From NCBI GenBank assembly GCA_017420825.1, contig JAFQNU010000108.1, positions 1 to 28,538 on the forward strand: 28,538 nucleotides of DNA. Reading direction: 5' to 3'. The translations under genes and the position numbers were made by a program. Below are positions 8,382 to 16,275 of this stretch, one piece after another. The stretch's first letter is position 1; the number at the start of each line of letters is the position of its first letter. Under the pieces are notes generated by a model that did no database searches, had not been told where the DNA came from, and saw nothing but the letters and a program-made list of their open reading frames with translations. This stretch comes from Clostridia bacterium (GTDB taxonomy: Bacteria > Bacillota > Clostridia > UBA1381).

Positions 8382-8900
8382 TTATTGCATATAAAGTATT
8401 ATTTTGCCTTCTTCAAGTGATTTTTTTACGTCTATAATTCTTTGGTTTGAGCTTCCACGAAATTTTAAGGAAATATCCTTTAAATCAATTTTGAACTCGC
8501 CGTCAACAAGCACATCAATCATTTTAAGCATATCCATGGTAACTTCACAGGTTGCCCGACTTTCACCTATAAGCTCTTCAAAGGTATAACCTGAATAGCA
8601 CCATATATCTTTATTCGGGTATTGTTCTTTGACTTTAACCAAAAACGGATAAAGAGCCTTTTGGTTTGACGGCTCAAACGGCTCACCGCCTAAAAGACTT
8701 AATCCGTCTATCCAATACGGCGCAAGACTTTTTAAAATATAATCCTCGGTTTCTGCTGTAAACTCTTCACCAAAGTTAAAGCTCCATGTATCAGGATTGA
8801 AGCATTCCTTGCAGTGGTGTGTACAGCCTGAAACAAACAGAGAGGTTCTTACGCCCTCTCCGTTTGCAATATCATTTGTTTTTATTTCTCCGTATTTCAT
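8382..8900 (-). CDS. nrdG: Anaerobic ribonucleotide reductase activase (radical SAM)
   Basis: CTHHCKEC CxxxCxxC, GGEP, LVDGEF and FRGSSNQR motifs. True start is ATG 8900, coupled to nrdD by a TAATG overlap. Confidence 0.95.
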   Translation of the reverse strand: MKYGEIKTNDIANGEGVRTSLFVSGCTHHCKECFNPDTWSFNFGEEFTAETEDYILKSLAPYWIDGLSLLGGEPFEPSNQKALYPFLVKVKEQYPNKDIWCYSGYTFEELIGESRATCEVTMDMLKMIDVLVDGEFKIDLKDISLKFRGSSNQRIIDVKKSLEEGKIILYMQ

Positions 8901-11077
8901 TACAGATGAAGGACCCTGTCCTGAATTTCTTGAGTTCTGCCCTGATTCCAGAACTGTGTTCCGATATATCCGCACGTTCTTCTTGCAACATTCATCTTAT
9001 TCTGGTCAGTGTTTCCGCATTTAGGACATTTCCAGATAAGCTTTCCGTCCTCGTCGGCAACTATCTGTATTTCTCCGTCATATTCACAGCACTGACAAAA
9101 GTCTGATTTCGTGTTTAACTCTGCGTACATAATATTATCATAAATAAACTTCATTACATTCAATACTGCCTTGATGTTATCCTGCATATTCGGAACCTCG
9201 ACATAGCTGATAGCACCGCCGGGAGAAAGCTCCTGGAACTGTGCCTCAAAGGCAAGCTTTGAAAATGCGTCAATTTCCTCTTCAACATGGATATGGTAGC
9301 TGTTTGTAATATAGTTCTTATCGGTTACACCGGGAACAATTCCAAAACGCTTTTGCAGTGACTTTGCAAATTTGTAGGTTGTGCTCTCAAGCGGAGTGCC
9401 ATAGATACTGAAGTCTATGTTTTCCTTTTCCTTCCACCTCTTTGTTGCGGCATTTAAGTATTTCATAACATCAAGAGCAAACGGTGTAGCTTCGGGGTCG
9501 GTGTGAGATTTGCCTGTCATATACTTTGTACACTCATAGAGACCTGCATATCCTAAAGATATTGTTGAATATCCGCCGTATAAAAGCTTGTCTATCGTTT
9601 CGCCCTTTTTGAGTCTTGCCAATGCACCATGCTGCCATAAAATAGGGGCGGCATCGCTTAGTGTTCCCTTTAATCTGTTGTGACGGCACATGAGTGCTTT
9701 GTAACAGATTTCAAGTCTTTCGTCAAATATCTTCCAGAATTTTTCCATATTTCTCTGAGAAGAAAGAGCAATATCAACAAGGTTAATTGTAACAACACCC
9801 TGATTAAATCTGCCGTAATACTTCGGCTTATTTGTTTCGGGGTCAACATATGGGGTAAGGAATGAACGGCATCCCATACAGGTGTAGCAGTTTCCGTTAC
9901 CGTTTTTGTCGATTTTGAGCTTCAACATCATTTTTTCCGATATGTAATCGGGCACCATTCTTTTAGCAGTACATTTTGCAGAAAGCTCTGTAAGATAATA
10001 ATACTTTGAATCCTCGTGTATATTGTCCTCTTCAAGCACATAGATGAGCTTGGGGAATGCAGGAGTAATCCATACTCCGCTCTCATTTTTAACACCCTGT
10101 ATTCTCTGTTTCAAAATCTCTTCGATAATAAGAGCAAGGTCAGCCTTTTCCTGTGGGTCGTCAGTTTCACCTAAATACATATATACTGTAACAAACGGAG
10201 CTTGTCCGTTAGTTGTAAGCAGTGTTACAACCTGATACTGAATTGTCTGAACACCCTTTTTAATTTCTTCTAAAAGTCTTTTTTCGGTTATTGCGTCGAT
10301 TTTCTCGTCGCTTAATGTTATTCCGCTTAATTCAAGCTCTTCAATAAGTGATTTCCTGATTTTCTTTCTTGAAATATCAACAAACGGTGCAAGATGTGTT
10401 AAGCTTATACTTTGTCCGCCGTATTGGCTTGACGCAACCTGTGCAATAATCTGTGTTGCAATGTTGCAGGCTGTTGAAAAGCTGTGCGGCTTTTCAATTA
10501 AAGTTCCGCTTATTACAGTTCCGTTTTGGAGCATATCTTCAAGGTTAACAAGGTCACAATTGTGCATATGCTGAGCAAAATAGTCACTGTCATGAAAATG
10601 GATAAGTCCGTCCTCATGAGCTTGTACAATTTCCTCAGGCAATAAAATTCTTCTTGTTAAGTCCTTTGAAACCTCACCTGCCATATAATCACGCTGTACG
10701 CTGTTGATTGTAGGATTTTTATTGGAATTTTCCTGTTTAACCTCTTCGTTATTACATTCTATAAGTGTCAAAATCTGATTATCCGTTGTATTTGAATTAC
10801 GAACAAGAGATCTGGTATAACGGTATTTTACATAGCTTTTCGCAACCTCAAACGCACCCTGTGCCATTATCTGATTTTCTACTATGTCTTGTATTTCTTC
10901 GACAGAATAAGCTCTGCCTGCTTTTGACAAACGGAATTCAACATAATCTGCGATTGTTGCAATCTGTGCATCGGTTAATTCCTTTGTCTGTACAGAAAGG
11001 TTCGCCTTTGACACAGCTTTTATAATTTTATTTATATCAAAATCTACTTCCGAACCATTTCTTTTTATGATTTTCAC
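8900..11077 (-). CDS. nrdD: Class III anaerobic ribonucleoside-triphosphate reductase with N-terminal ATP cone
   Basis: IIKRNG ATP-cone start, IHFHD, C-terminal CxxC pairs and RTCGYIG glycyl-radical motif; GTG start with AAGGAGG RBS. Confidence 0.96.
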   Translation of the reverse strand: MKIIKRNGSEVDFDINKIIKAVSKANLSVQTKELTDAQIATIADYVEFRLSKAGRAYSVEEIQDIVENQIMAQGAFEVAKSYVKYRYTRSLVRNSNTTDNQILTLIECNNEEVKQENSNKNPTINSVQRDYMAGEVSKDLTRRILLPEEIVQAHEDGLIHFHDSDYFAQHMHNCDLVNLEDMLQNGTVISGTLIEKPHSFSTACNIATQIIAQVASSQYGGQSISLTHLAPFVDISRKKIRKSLIEELELSGITLSDEKIDAITEKRLLEEIKKGVQTIQYQVVTLLTTNGQAPFVTVYMYLGETDDPQEKADLALIIEEILKQRIQGVKNESGVWITPAFPKLIYVLEEDNIHEDSKYYYLTELSAKCTAKRMVPDYISEKMMLKLKIDKNGNGNCYTCMGCRSFLTPYVDPETNKPKYYGRFNQGVVTINLVDIALSSQRNMEKFWKIFDERLEICYKALMCRHNRLKGTLSDAAPILWQHGALARLKKGETIDKLLYGGYSTISLGYAGLYECTKYMTGKSHTDPEATPFALDVMKYLNAATKRWKEKENIDFSIYGTPLESTTYKFAKSLQKRFGIVPGVTDKNYITNSYHIHVEEEIDAFSKLAFEAQFQELSPGGAISYVEVPNMQDNIKAVLNVMKFIYDNIMYAELNTKSDFCQCCEYDGEIQIVADEDGKLIWKCPKCGNTDQNKMNVARRTCGYIGTQFWNQGRTQEIQDRVLHL

Positions 11078-11114
11078 TTTAACCTACCTCCTTACATATT
11101 TTCTGTGCCTTATT

Positions 11115-11143
11115 ATAATACCAAAAAATTGTATTGATGTCAA
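11115..11143 (-). promoter_or_regulatory. sigma-A promoter for nrdDG
   Basis: Minus strand TTGACA-N17-TATTAT with a TGn extension. Confidence 0.75.
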
Positions 11144-11161
11144 GTATTTTTATTATAAAAA

Positions 11162-11177
11162 ACACAATATATTGTGG
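11162..11177. promoter_or_regulatory. NrdR box 1
   Basis: ACACAATATATTGTGG matches the NrdR consensus acaCwAtATaTwGtg; upstream of nrdD. Confidence 0.85.
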
Positions 11178-11185
11178 TTGAATTT

Positions 11186-11307
11186 TAATATTACAATTAC
11201 ATTACAAACATAAAACTGCAAAAAACACGATAATATCACATTTTAAATTCTGGAATGCAGGAAATGGGTATTAATCTATTCGTGTTTGTAATCAAATTGT
11301 AATATTA
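11186..11307. repeat. 25-bp imperfect inverted repeat, each arm containing TGTAAT-N5-TGTAAT
   Basis: TAATATTACAATTACATTACAAACA (11186-11210) versus the reverse complement of 11283-11307, TAATATTACAATTTGATTACAAACA: 23/25 identical. Confidence 0.8.
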
Positions 11308-11308
11308 G

Positions 11309-11324
11309 ACACAATATATTGTGT
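11309..11324. promoter_or_regulatory. NrdR box 2
   Basis: Perfect palindrome ACACAATATATTGTGT. Confidence 0.85.
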
Positions 11325-11359
11325 TCGAATAAATCATAATTACTGTATTTAGATATTAT

Positions 11360-12043
11360 TTAGCTGTTTTTGAAGCCTTCAGCAAGCTTTTTTATTGCTT
11401 TTTTCTCTATTCTCGACACATAGGAACGTGAGATGCCAAGAATGTCAGCAACCTCTTGTTGGGTAAGACGTTTCTTTCTGCCGAGTCCGTATCTCCACAC
11501 GAGTATATCATATTCATTTTTTTTTAGTACCTTATCCATGACCTTGTATAGCTTTTTTGCATCTGCCTTAGCGGTTAACTCCTCAACAATATCAATTGTG
11601 TCTGCAGGAATTATGTCGGCAAAGGTCAGTGCATTTCCTTCCTTGTCAGTTCCGATACGTTCATCAAGCGACACTTCGTTATTGTGTTTCTTTGCTCCGC
11701 GCAAAACCATAAGAACCTCATTTTCTATACATCGTGAGGCGTAGGACGATAATCTTGAGCTTTTTTCGGGGTTAAATGTATTAATACCCTTTATAAGACC
11801 AATTATTCCTACCGAAATCAAATCCTCGTTATTGGCTTCATTGCTGTATTTTTTTGCTATGTGGGCAACAAGTCTCAGATTATGCTCAACAAGAATGTTT
11901 CTTGCATTCATATCACCTTTGGCAAATTTATCAAGATATAGCTTTTCTTCCTGGGGTGTCAGCTGTTGCGGAAAAGAATTTCCTCCTATGTATCCTGTTA
12001 AAAACATTAACTCTTGTAATAAATGCATTAACAGCTCAAACAT
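11360..12043 (-). CDS. sigK: Mother-cell sporulation sigma factor pro-sigma-K (uninterrupted)
   Basis: Hydrophobic pro-peptide followed by GYI..SFP, NLRLVAHIAKKY, EDLISVGIIGLIKG and ISRSYVSRIEKKA. Confidence 0.93.
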   Translation of the reverse strand: MFELLMHLLQELMFLTGYIGGNSFPQQLTPQEEKLYLDKFAKGDMNARNILVEHNLRLVAHIAKKYSNEANNEDLISVGIIGLIKGINTFNPEKSSRLSSYASRCIENEVLMVLRGAKKHNNEVSLDERIGTDKEGNALTFADIIPADTIDIVEELTAKADAKKLYKVMDKVLKKNEYDILVWRYGLGRKKRLTQQEVADILGISRSYVSRIEKKAIKKLAEGFKNS

Positions 12044-12072
12044 AAGTATGCCTCCAAAATACTTTTTCTTAT

Positions 12073-12100
12073 ATTATATGTGAAAAAATTATTTTTGTGA
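12073..12100 (-). promoter_or_regulatory. Mother-cell (sigma-K/sigma-E type) promoter of sigK
   Basis: Minus strand tcAC-N16-CATATAAT, matching the AC-16-CATAnnnT consensus. Confidence 0.6.
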
Positions 12101-12110
12101 CTTTTATTAT

Positions 12111-12142
12111 AAAAAAAAGAATGTTACCGAAGTAACATTCTT
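12111..12142 (-). terminator. Rho-independent terminator of the CofE-like gene
   Basis: 11-bp stem AAGAATGTTAC/GTAACATTCTT with a c(UUCG)g tetraloop on the minus strand, followed by a U-tract; insulates sigK. Confidence 0.88.
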
Positions 12143-12150
12143 AATTAATA

Positions 12151-13350
12151 TCAGTTAGTATAATTATCAAAGTATCCCTGGACGAGAACAACAGGTGTAC
12201 CCTTATCGCCTGAGCCGCTTGTGAGGTCACACAAAGAGCCGATAAGGTCGGTAAGCTGACGGGGGGTAGTTCCCTGTGATGCCATGTTACCAACAAGATT
12301 GTCCTGTTTTGCTTTAATGCTCTCCGAAATTGCCTTCTTTAATTCCTCGCCTGACAAATCCTTAAAGTCATTATCTGCAAGATATTTAAGCTTCAATTCG
12401 TTTGGTGTGCCGATAAGACCGTCTGTAAATGCAGGAGATACAACAGGGTCAGCAAGCTCCCATATTTTTCCTTTAGGATCTTTAAATGCACCGTCGCCAT
12501 AAACCATAACCTCAACGTGCTTACCTGTTCTGTCAAGAACTTTTTTCTGAATATCAAGAACTAAGTCCTGACATTCTTTCGGGAATAGCTTAATTGTATC
12601 TTCAGTTGATTTGTTTGAGCCAAGTAAACCGTATTTTTCATTATAGCCGCTTCCTGAAACTGAGGCATTTAATATGTCATCAAGACTGCAGACAACCTTT
12701 GCGCCTGCCTCCTTTAAAATACGCTTTGTACGTGCTCTTGTGTGTATATCACAGTTGATAATACAATCTGTGTAATTAAGAATTGCTTTTGCTTGATTAG
12801 CAAAAATTATTTCAACCTCTGCTCCACATTCGCGGATAAGATTGCCGTAGTATTCAACGTAATCAACGCCTGTAAATTCATGCTTATTATATCCAAATAG
12901 TTCACGATAACGTTCAAGGGAAAGAACATCGGAATACGGATTTATTCCGGCGGCATCTATCTGGTCAATGCTAATCAGCTCGTTACCAACCTCATCTGAA
13001 GGATAGCTAAGCATAAGAACAATCTTTTTTGATGCCATTGCAATACCCTTTAAGCAGATTGCAAAACGGTTACGGGAGAGAATTGGGAATATTACTCCGA
13101 CTGTTTCGCCGCCAAGCTTAGCCTTAACATCAGCCGCTATATCATTAACAGAGGCATAGTTACCCTGTGCTCTTGCTACGATTGATTCAGTAATGGAAAT
13201 TACATCTCTGTCACGGAGCTCAAAGCCCTCGCACTCAGCCGCCTCTAAAACACTGTTCGTCACGATAGCGGCAAGGTCATCGCCCTTACGGATAATTGGG
13301 CATCGGATACCTCTTGAAACTGTGCCTACTTTTCTTTCTTTATTTGTCAC
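12151..13350 (-). CDS. CofE-like (F420-0:gamma-glutamyl ligase family) protein of unknown substrate
   Basis: N-terminal RGIRCPIIRKGDDL, ITESIVARAQG and C-terminal DLIGSLCDLTSGSGDKGTPVVLVQG resemble CofE motifs. GTG start at 13350 with a GAAGGGA RBS. Confidence 0.75.
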   Translation of the reverse strand: MTNKERKVGTVSRGIRCPIIRKGDDLAAIVTNSVLEAAECEGFELRDRDVISITESIVARAQGNYASVNDIAADVKAKLGGETVGVIFPILSRNRFAICLKGIAMASKKIVLMLSYPSDEVGNELISIDQIDAAGINPYSDVLSLERYRELFGYNKHEFTGVDYVEYYGNLIRECGAEVEIIFANQAKAILNYTDCIINCDIHTRARTKRILKEAGAKVVCSLDDILNASVSGSGYNEKYGLLGSNKSTEDTIKLFPKECQDLVLDIQKKVLDRTGKHVEVMVYGDGAFKDPKGKIWELADPVVSPAFTDGLIGTPNELKLKYLADNDFKDLSGEELKKAISESIKAKQDNLVGNMASQGTTPRQLTDLIGSLCDLTSGSGDKGTPVVLVQGYFDNYTN

Positions 13351-13402
13351 ATAAATCCCTTCAATCTTTTTAAAATTTAGATTTGTAAAAATTACATTAA
13401 AT

Positions 13403-13431
13403 ATTATAACACTTTTTTTGACAATATTCAA
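13403..13431 (-). promoter_or_regulatory. sigma-A promoter for the CofE-like gene
   Basis: Minus strand TTGAAT-N17-TATAAT with a TGn extension. Confidence 0.65.
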
Positions 13432-13534
13432 TAGTAAATTTAATATCATATGGAAATTTATTACAATTTGTCAATTATGCATGGTACATAATAAAATGTT
13501 TATGTTTTATCATACAAAACAAAAGAATGATTTT

Positions 13535-13563
13535 GAATAAATTTAATGTGTATGCAAATACTT
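13535..13563 (+). promoter_or_regulatory. Candidate forespore sigma-G/sigma-F promoter
   Basis: GAATA-N17-AATACTT, resembling GHATA-17-mATAcTa. Confidence 0.45.
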
Positions 13564-13580
13564 AAATCGGGGGGATAAAA

Positions 13581-14009
13581 ATGAATTCTGACGTACGTTT
13601 GTTGAATGAAATCCATAAAAATTGCATAACAGCTATAAATGCAATATCGGGACTGTTAAAAAAAACAGAGAATCAAAAATTATATGACTGTCTTTTTGAA
13701 CAAATGTCCTGTTACAGAGAATATGCAAATAAGGCTACAAGAATGCTTGAGCAATATGGGTGCAAACCAAAAAGAGAGGATTTTTTTGATAAAACCACGC
13801 TTGGTTTTACTCTTTATGTTGTGGGAGGGGGTAGGCTTTCAGCACACAGACTCTCAAAAATCCTTATAAACGGTAGCGTTGAGGGAATTTATGATATTGC
13901 AGGACACATTAATTCCTGCACAGATGCAACTCCGGCATCAAGACAGCTCGCATACAGCCTGATTGGAGCAGAGGAAGAGAATATAAACAAAATGAATGAG
14001 TTTTTATAA
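13581..14009 (+). CDS. Conserved clostridial four-helix/ferritin-like protein (DUF2383-like)
   Basis: GGGGGA RBS; helical pattern LLNEIHKN...LINGSVEGI...EEENINKMNEFL recalled from a clostridial hypothetical family. Confidence 0.6.
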   Translation: MNSDVRLLNEIHKNCITAINAISGLLKKTENQKLYDCLFEQMSCYREYANKATRMLEQYGCKPKREDFFDKTTLGFTLYVVGGGRLSAHRLSKILINGSVEGIYDIAGHINSCTDATPASRQLAYSLIGAEEENINKMNEFL

Positions 14010-14012
14010 ATT

Positions 14013-14726
14013 TCACATTTCCCAACCGCCGTTGATACCTATTGTCTGACCTGTTATATAGCTCGAATTGTCTGAGGCAAGAAAATATGCAAGCTCGGCA
14101 CATTCGTCGGGAGTACCGACTCTTGATATGGGGATTTGTGAGCATATGTCCGCTATATCCTCATCTGTAAGATGTGAATTCATATCTGTTTCTATTATTC
14201 CGGGTGCAATACAGTTAACACGAATACCCATTAAACCAAGCTCCTTTGCAAGTGCCTTTGTAAATCCTATTATGCCTGCTTTTGCTGCTGAATAATGCAC
14301 CTCGCATGACGCACCATGCTCGCCCCAGATTGAAGAAATATTTATAATAGAACCGCCTTTGGTTAACATATGCTTTGTAGCCTCCTGCGTAACATTGTAT
14401 ATTCCTGTAAGATTTACATCAAGCATTTTTTTCCATTGTTCGGGAGTTATATCAATAAAAAGCATTTGCTCCGCAATTCCTGCATTATTAATTAAAACGT
14501 CTATACCTCCATGTTTTGTACATATACTGTTAACAACATCAGAAAGCTTATCCTTATCGCATATATCGGCACGGTATGCAATACACCCTGTTTCCTTACA
14601 TAGCTTGTCCGCAAGCTCATCATTTTTCTGATATATTATAAAAGTCCTGTACCCTTTTTTTGTAAATAAGCGCACACAGCTGGCGCCAATACCTCGTGTT
14701 CCACCTGTTATGAGTACATTCTTCAT
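14013..14726 (-). CDS. SDR oxidoreductase, YmfI-like (FabG family)
   Basis: ITGGTRGIG, NNAG, SSIWGEHGASCEVHYSAAK, GIRVNCIAPG and INGGW motifs; GGAGG RBS before ATG 14726. Confidence 0.82.
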   Translation of the reverse strand: MKNVLITGGTRGIGASCVRLFTKKGYRTFIIYQKNDELADKLCKETGCIAYRADICDKDKLSDVVNSICTKHGGIDVLINNAGIAEQMLFIDITPEQWKKMLDVNLTGIYNVTQEATKHMLTKGGSIINISSIWGEHGASCEVHYSAAKAGIIGFTKALAKELGLMGIRVNCIAPGIIETDMNSHLTDEDIADICSQIPISRVGTPDECAELAYFLASDNSSYITGQTIGINGGWEM

Positions 14727-14757
14727 GGTAATACCTCCGAAATTTATTCCTTCACAT

Positions 14758-14786
14758 ATTATAACATATAATGGTATGAGATGCAA
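14758..14786 (-). promoter_or_regulatory. sigma-A promoter for the SDR gene
   Basis: Minus strand TTGCAT-N17-TATAAT with a TGn extension. Confidence 0.7.
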
Positions 14787-14825
14787 CAATTATCCGGGTG
14801 TGTACAAATTTTATTTATAAACTAC

Positions 14826-14854
14826 TTGCGTTTTGTTAAAAAGTATTGTATAAT
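14826..14854 (+). promoter_or_regulatory. sigma-A promoter for the nusB operon
   Basis: TTGCGT-N17-TATAAT. Confidence 0.65.
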
Positions 14855-14896
14855 ATAACCGATAAAACAAATTATTGGCAGAGAGGCTCTAGTGTT

Positions 14897-15310
14897 ATGG
14901 GAAAAAGACAAACGAGAAGTGAAGCAAGAATTGAAGCTTTTAAGCTCATTTTTCAGTTACAGGTTAATGATGAGGAACCACAGTTTTTGATTGACACAAT
15001 GCTTGAGGAAAAGCCTGAGAGTAAGGCTAACATAAACTATATTAAGACTGTTGTTCTTGGTGTACTTGAGAAAAATGATGAAATATGTGAGAATATAAAG
15101 GCTCATATCGGCAAGGGCTGGAAAATTGAGAGAATTTCAAGGGTTGCGCTTGCTGTTTTAAAGCTTGCAATATTTGAGATTAAATATGTTGAGGACGTTC
15201 CTCACAAGGTTGCAATTAACGAGGCGGTTGAGATTGAGAAAGCATTTGATGACCCCGATAATTCTGCATTTGTTAATGGAGTTTTGGGAGGATTTGTTAA
15301 AAGCCTATGA
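14897..15310 (+). CDS. nusB: Transcription antitermination factor NusB
   Basis: R..AR..AF..IFQ, W..ERI, AINEAVEI and FVNGVLG motifs. Start placed at ATG 14897, downstream of the promoter. Confidence 0.93.
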   Translation: MGKRQTRSEARIEAFKLIFQLQVNDEEPQFLIDTMLEEKPESKANINYIKTVVLGVLEKNDEICENIKAHIGKGWKIERISRVALAVLKLAIFEIKYVEDVPHKVAINEAVEIEKAFDDPDNSAFVNGVLGGFVKSL

Positions 15311-16275
15311 TTTGTCTTGGATTTGATACAAGCAATTACACCACTTCAACTGCGGCTTATGATGAGGGAACTCAATTAAATATAAGACGTATATTAACTG
15401 TTGGACAGGGAGAACGCGGACTGCGTCAGAGTGACGCAGTCTTTCAGCATTTAAAGGAATTGCCTGAATTGTTTTCAGAGCTTGCGGAGAAGATAGATAA
15501 AAAGGAAGTTTTGGCAGTGGGAGTCAGCACAAGACCAAGAAGTGTTGAGGGTTCGTATATGCCTGTATTTTTGGCAGGTGAGGGTTATGCAAGGGTTTGT
15601 GCCGATTCGCTTGGCGTTCCGCTATACCGCTTTTCGCATCAGGACGGTCACATCATGGCAGGGATATATTCATGTCATGAATTTGAGTTATTAAGCAAAA
15701 AGTTTATAAGTGTGCATTTGTCGGGAGGAACCTGTGAAATATTGTTGTGTCGATATAATGGGTATAACTTTGACTGTGAAATTATCGGCGGTTCAAGGGA
15801 CATAAGCGCAGGTCAGCTTATTGACAGAGTGGGTGTTAAAATGGGATTGCAATTTCCTTGCGGAAAGGAGCTTGAACAAATTGCAAAAAAGGCTTGTGAT
15901 GTAATTTCATTACCTGTTAACACAGACGGAGCGTATATAAATTTTTCGGGTATAGAGACAAAGGCTATCTCTCTTATAGGAAAGGAAAATGATGAGAGTC
16001 TTGCAAAAAGCCTTTTCGTATCAGTTGCTAAAGCTCTTGAGCGGACATTAAATCATTGTATAAAAAAATATGAAATAGAAAATGTTTTAATTGTAGGCGG
16101 TGTTGCGTCTAACAGTATCATAAAGGAAAATCTTAACCTGTGTGCAAAAAAGCATTTTGCCTCGGTTGAATATTCAACCGACAATGCCGTTGGTATTGCA
16201 ATACTTGCACACATGGCGAATAAGGGGGCAGGGACTAATGGAGAAAATAATTGCCACAGTGTCACAGCTCAATAA
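15307..16275 (+). CDS. TsaD/Kae1-like (peptidase M22, ASKHA fold) paralogue
   Basis: GFDTS, HQDGH (HxxxH), LSGG, D.SAGQLIDRVG, GGVASN and STDNAVGIA motifs; ATGA overlap with nusB. Confidence 0.8.
   Translation: MICLGFDTSNYTTSTAAYDEGTQLNIRRILTVGQGERGLRQSDAVFQHLKELPELFSELAEKIDKKEVLAVGVSTRPRSVEGSYMPVFLAGEGYARVCADSLGVPLYRFSHQDGHIMAGIYSCHEFELLSKKFISVHLSGGTCEILLCRYNGYNFDCEIIGGSRDISAGQLIDRVGVKMGLQFPCGKELEQIAKKACDVISLPVNTDGAYINFSGIETKAISLIGKENDESLAKSLFVSVAKALERTLNHCIKKYEIENVLIVGGVASNSIIKENLNLCAKKHFASVEYSTDNAVGIAILAHMANKGAGTNGENNCHSVTAQ

Noticed and set aside
8901-8975. Extended nrdG N-terminus
   Set aside because: It overlaps the nrdD C-terminus; TAATG coupling defines the start at 8900.
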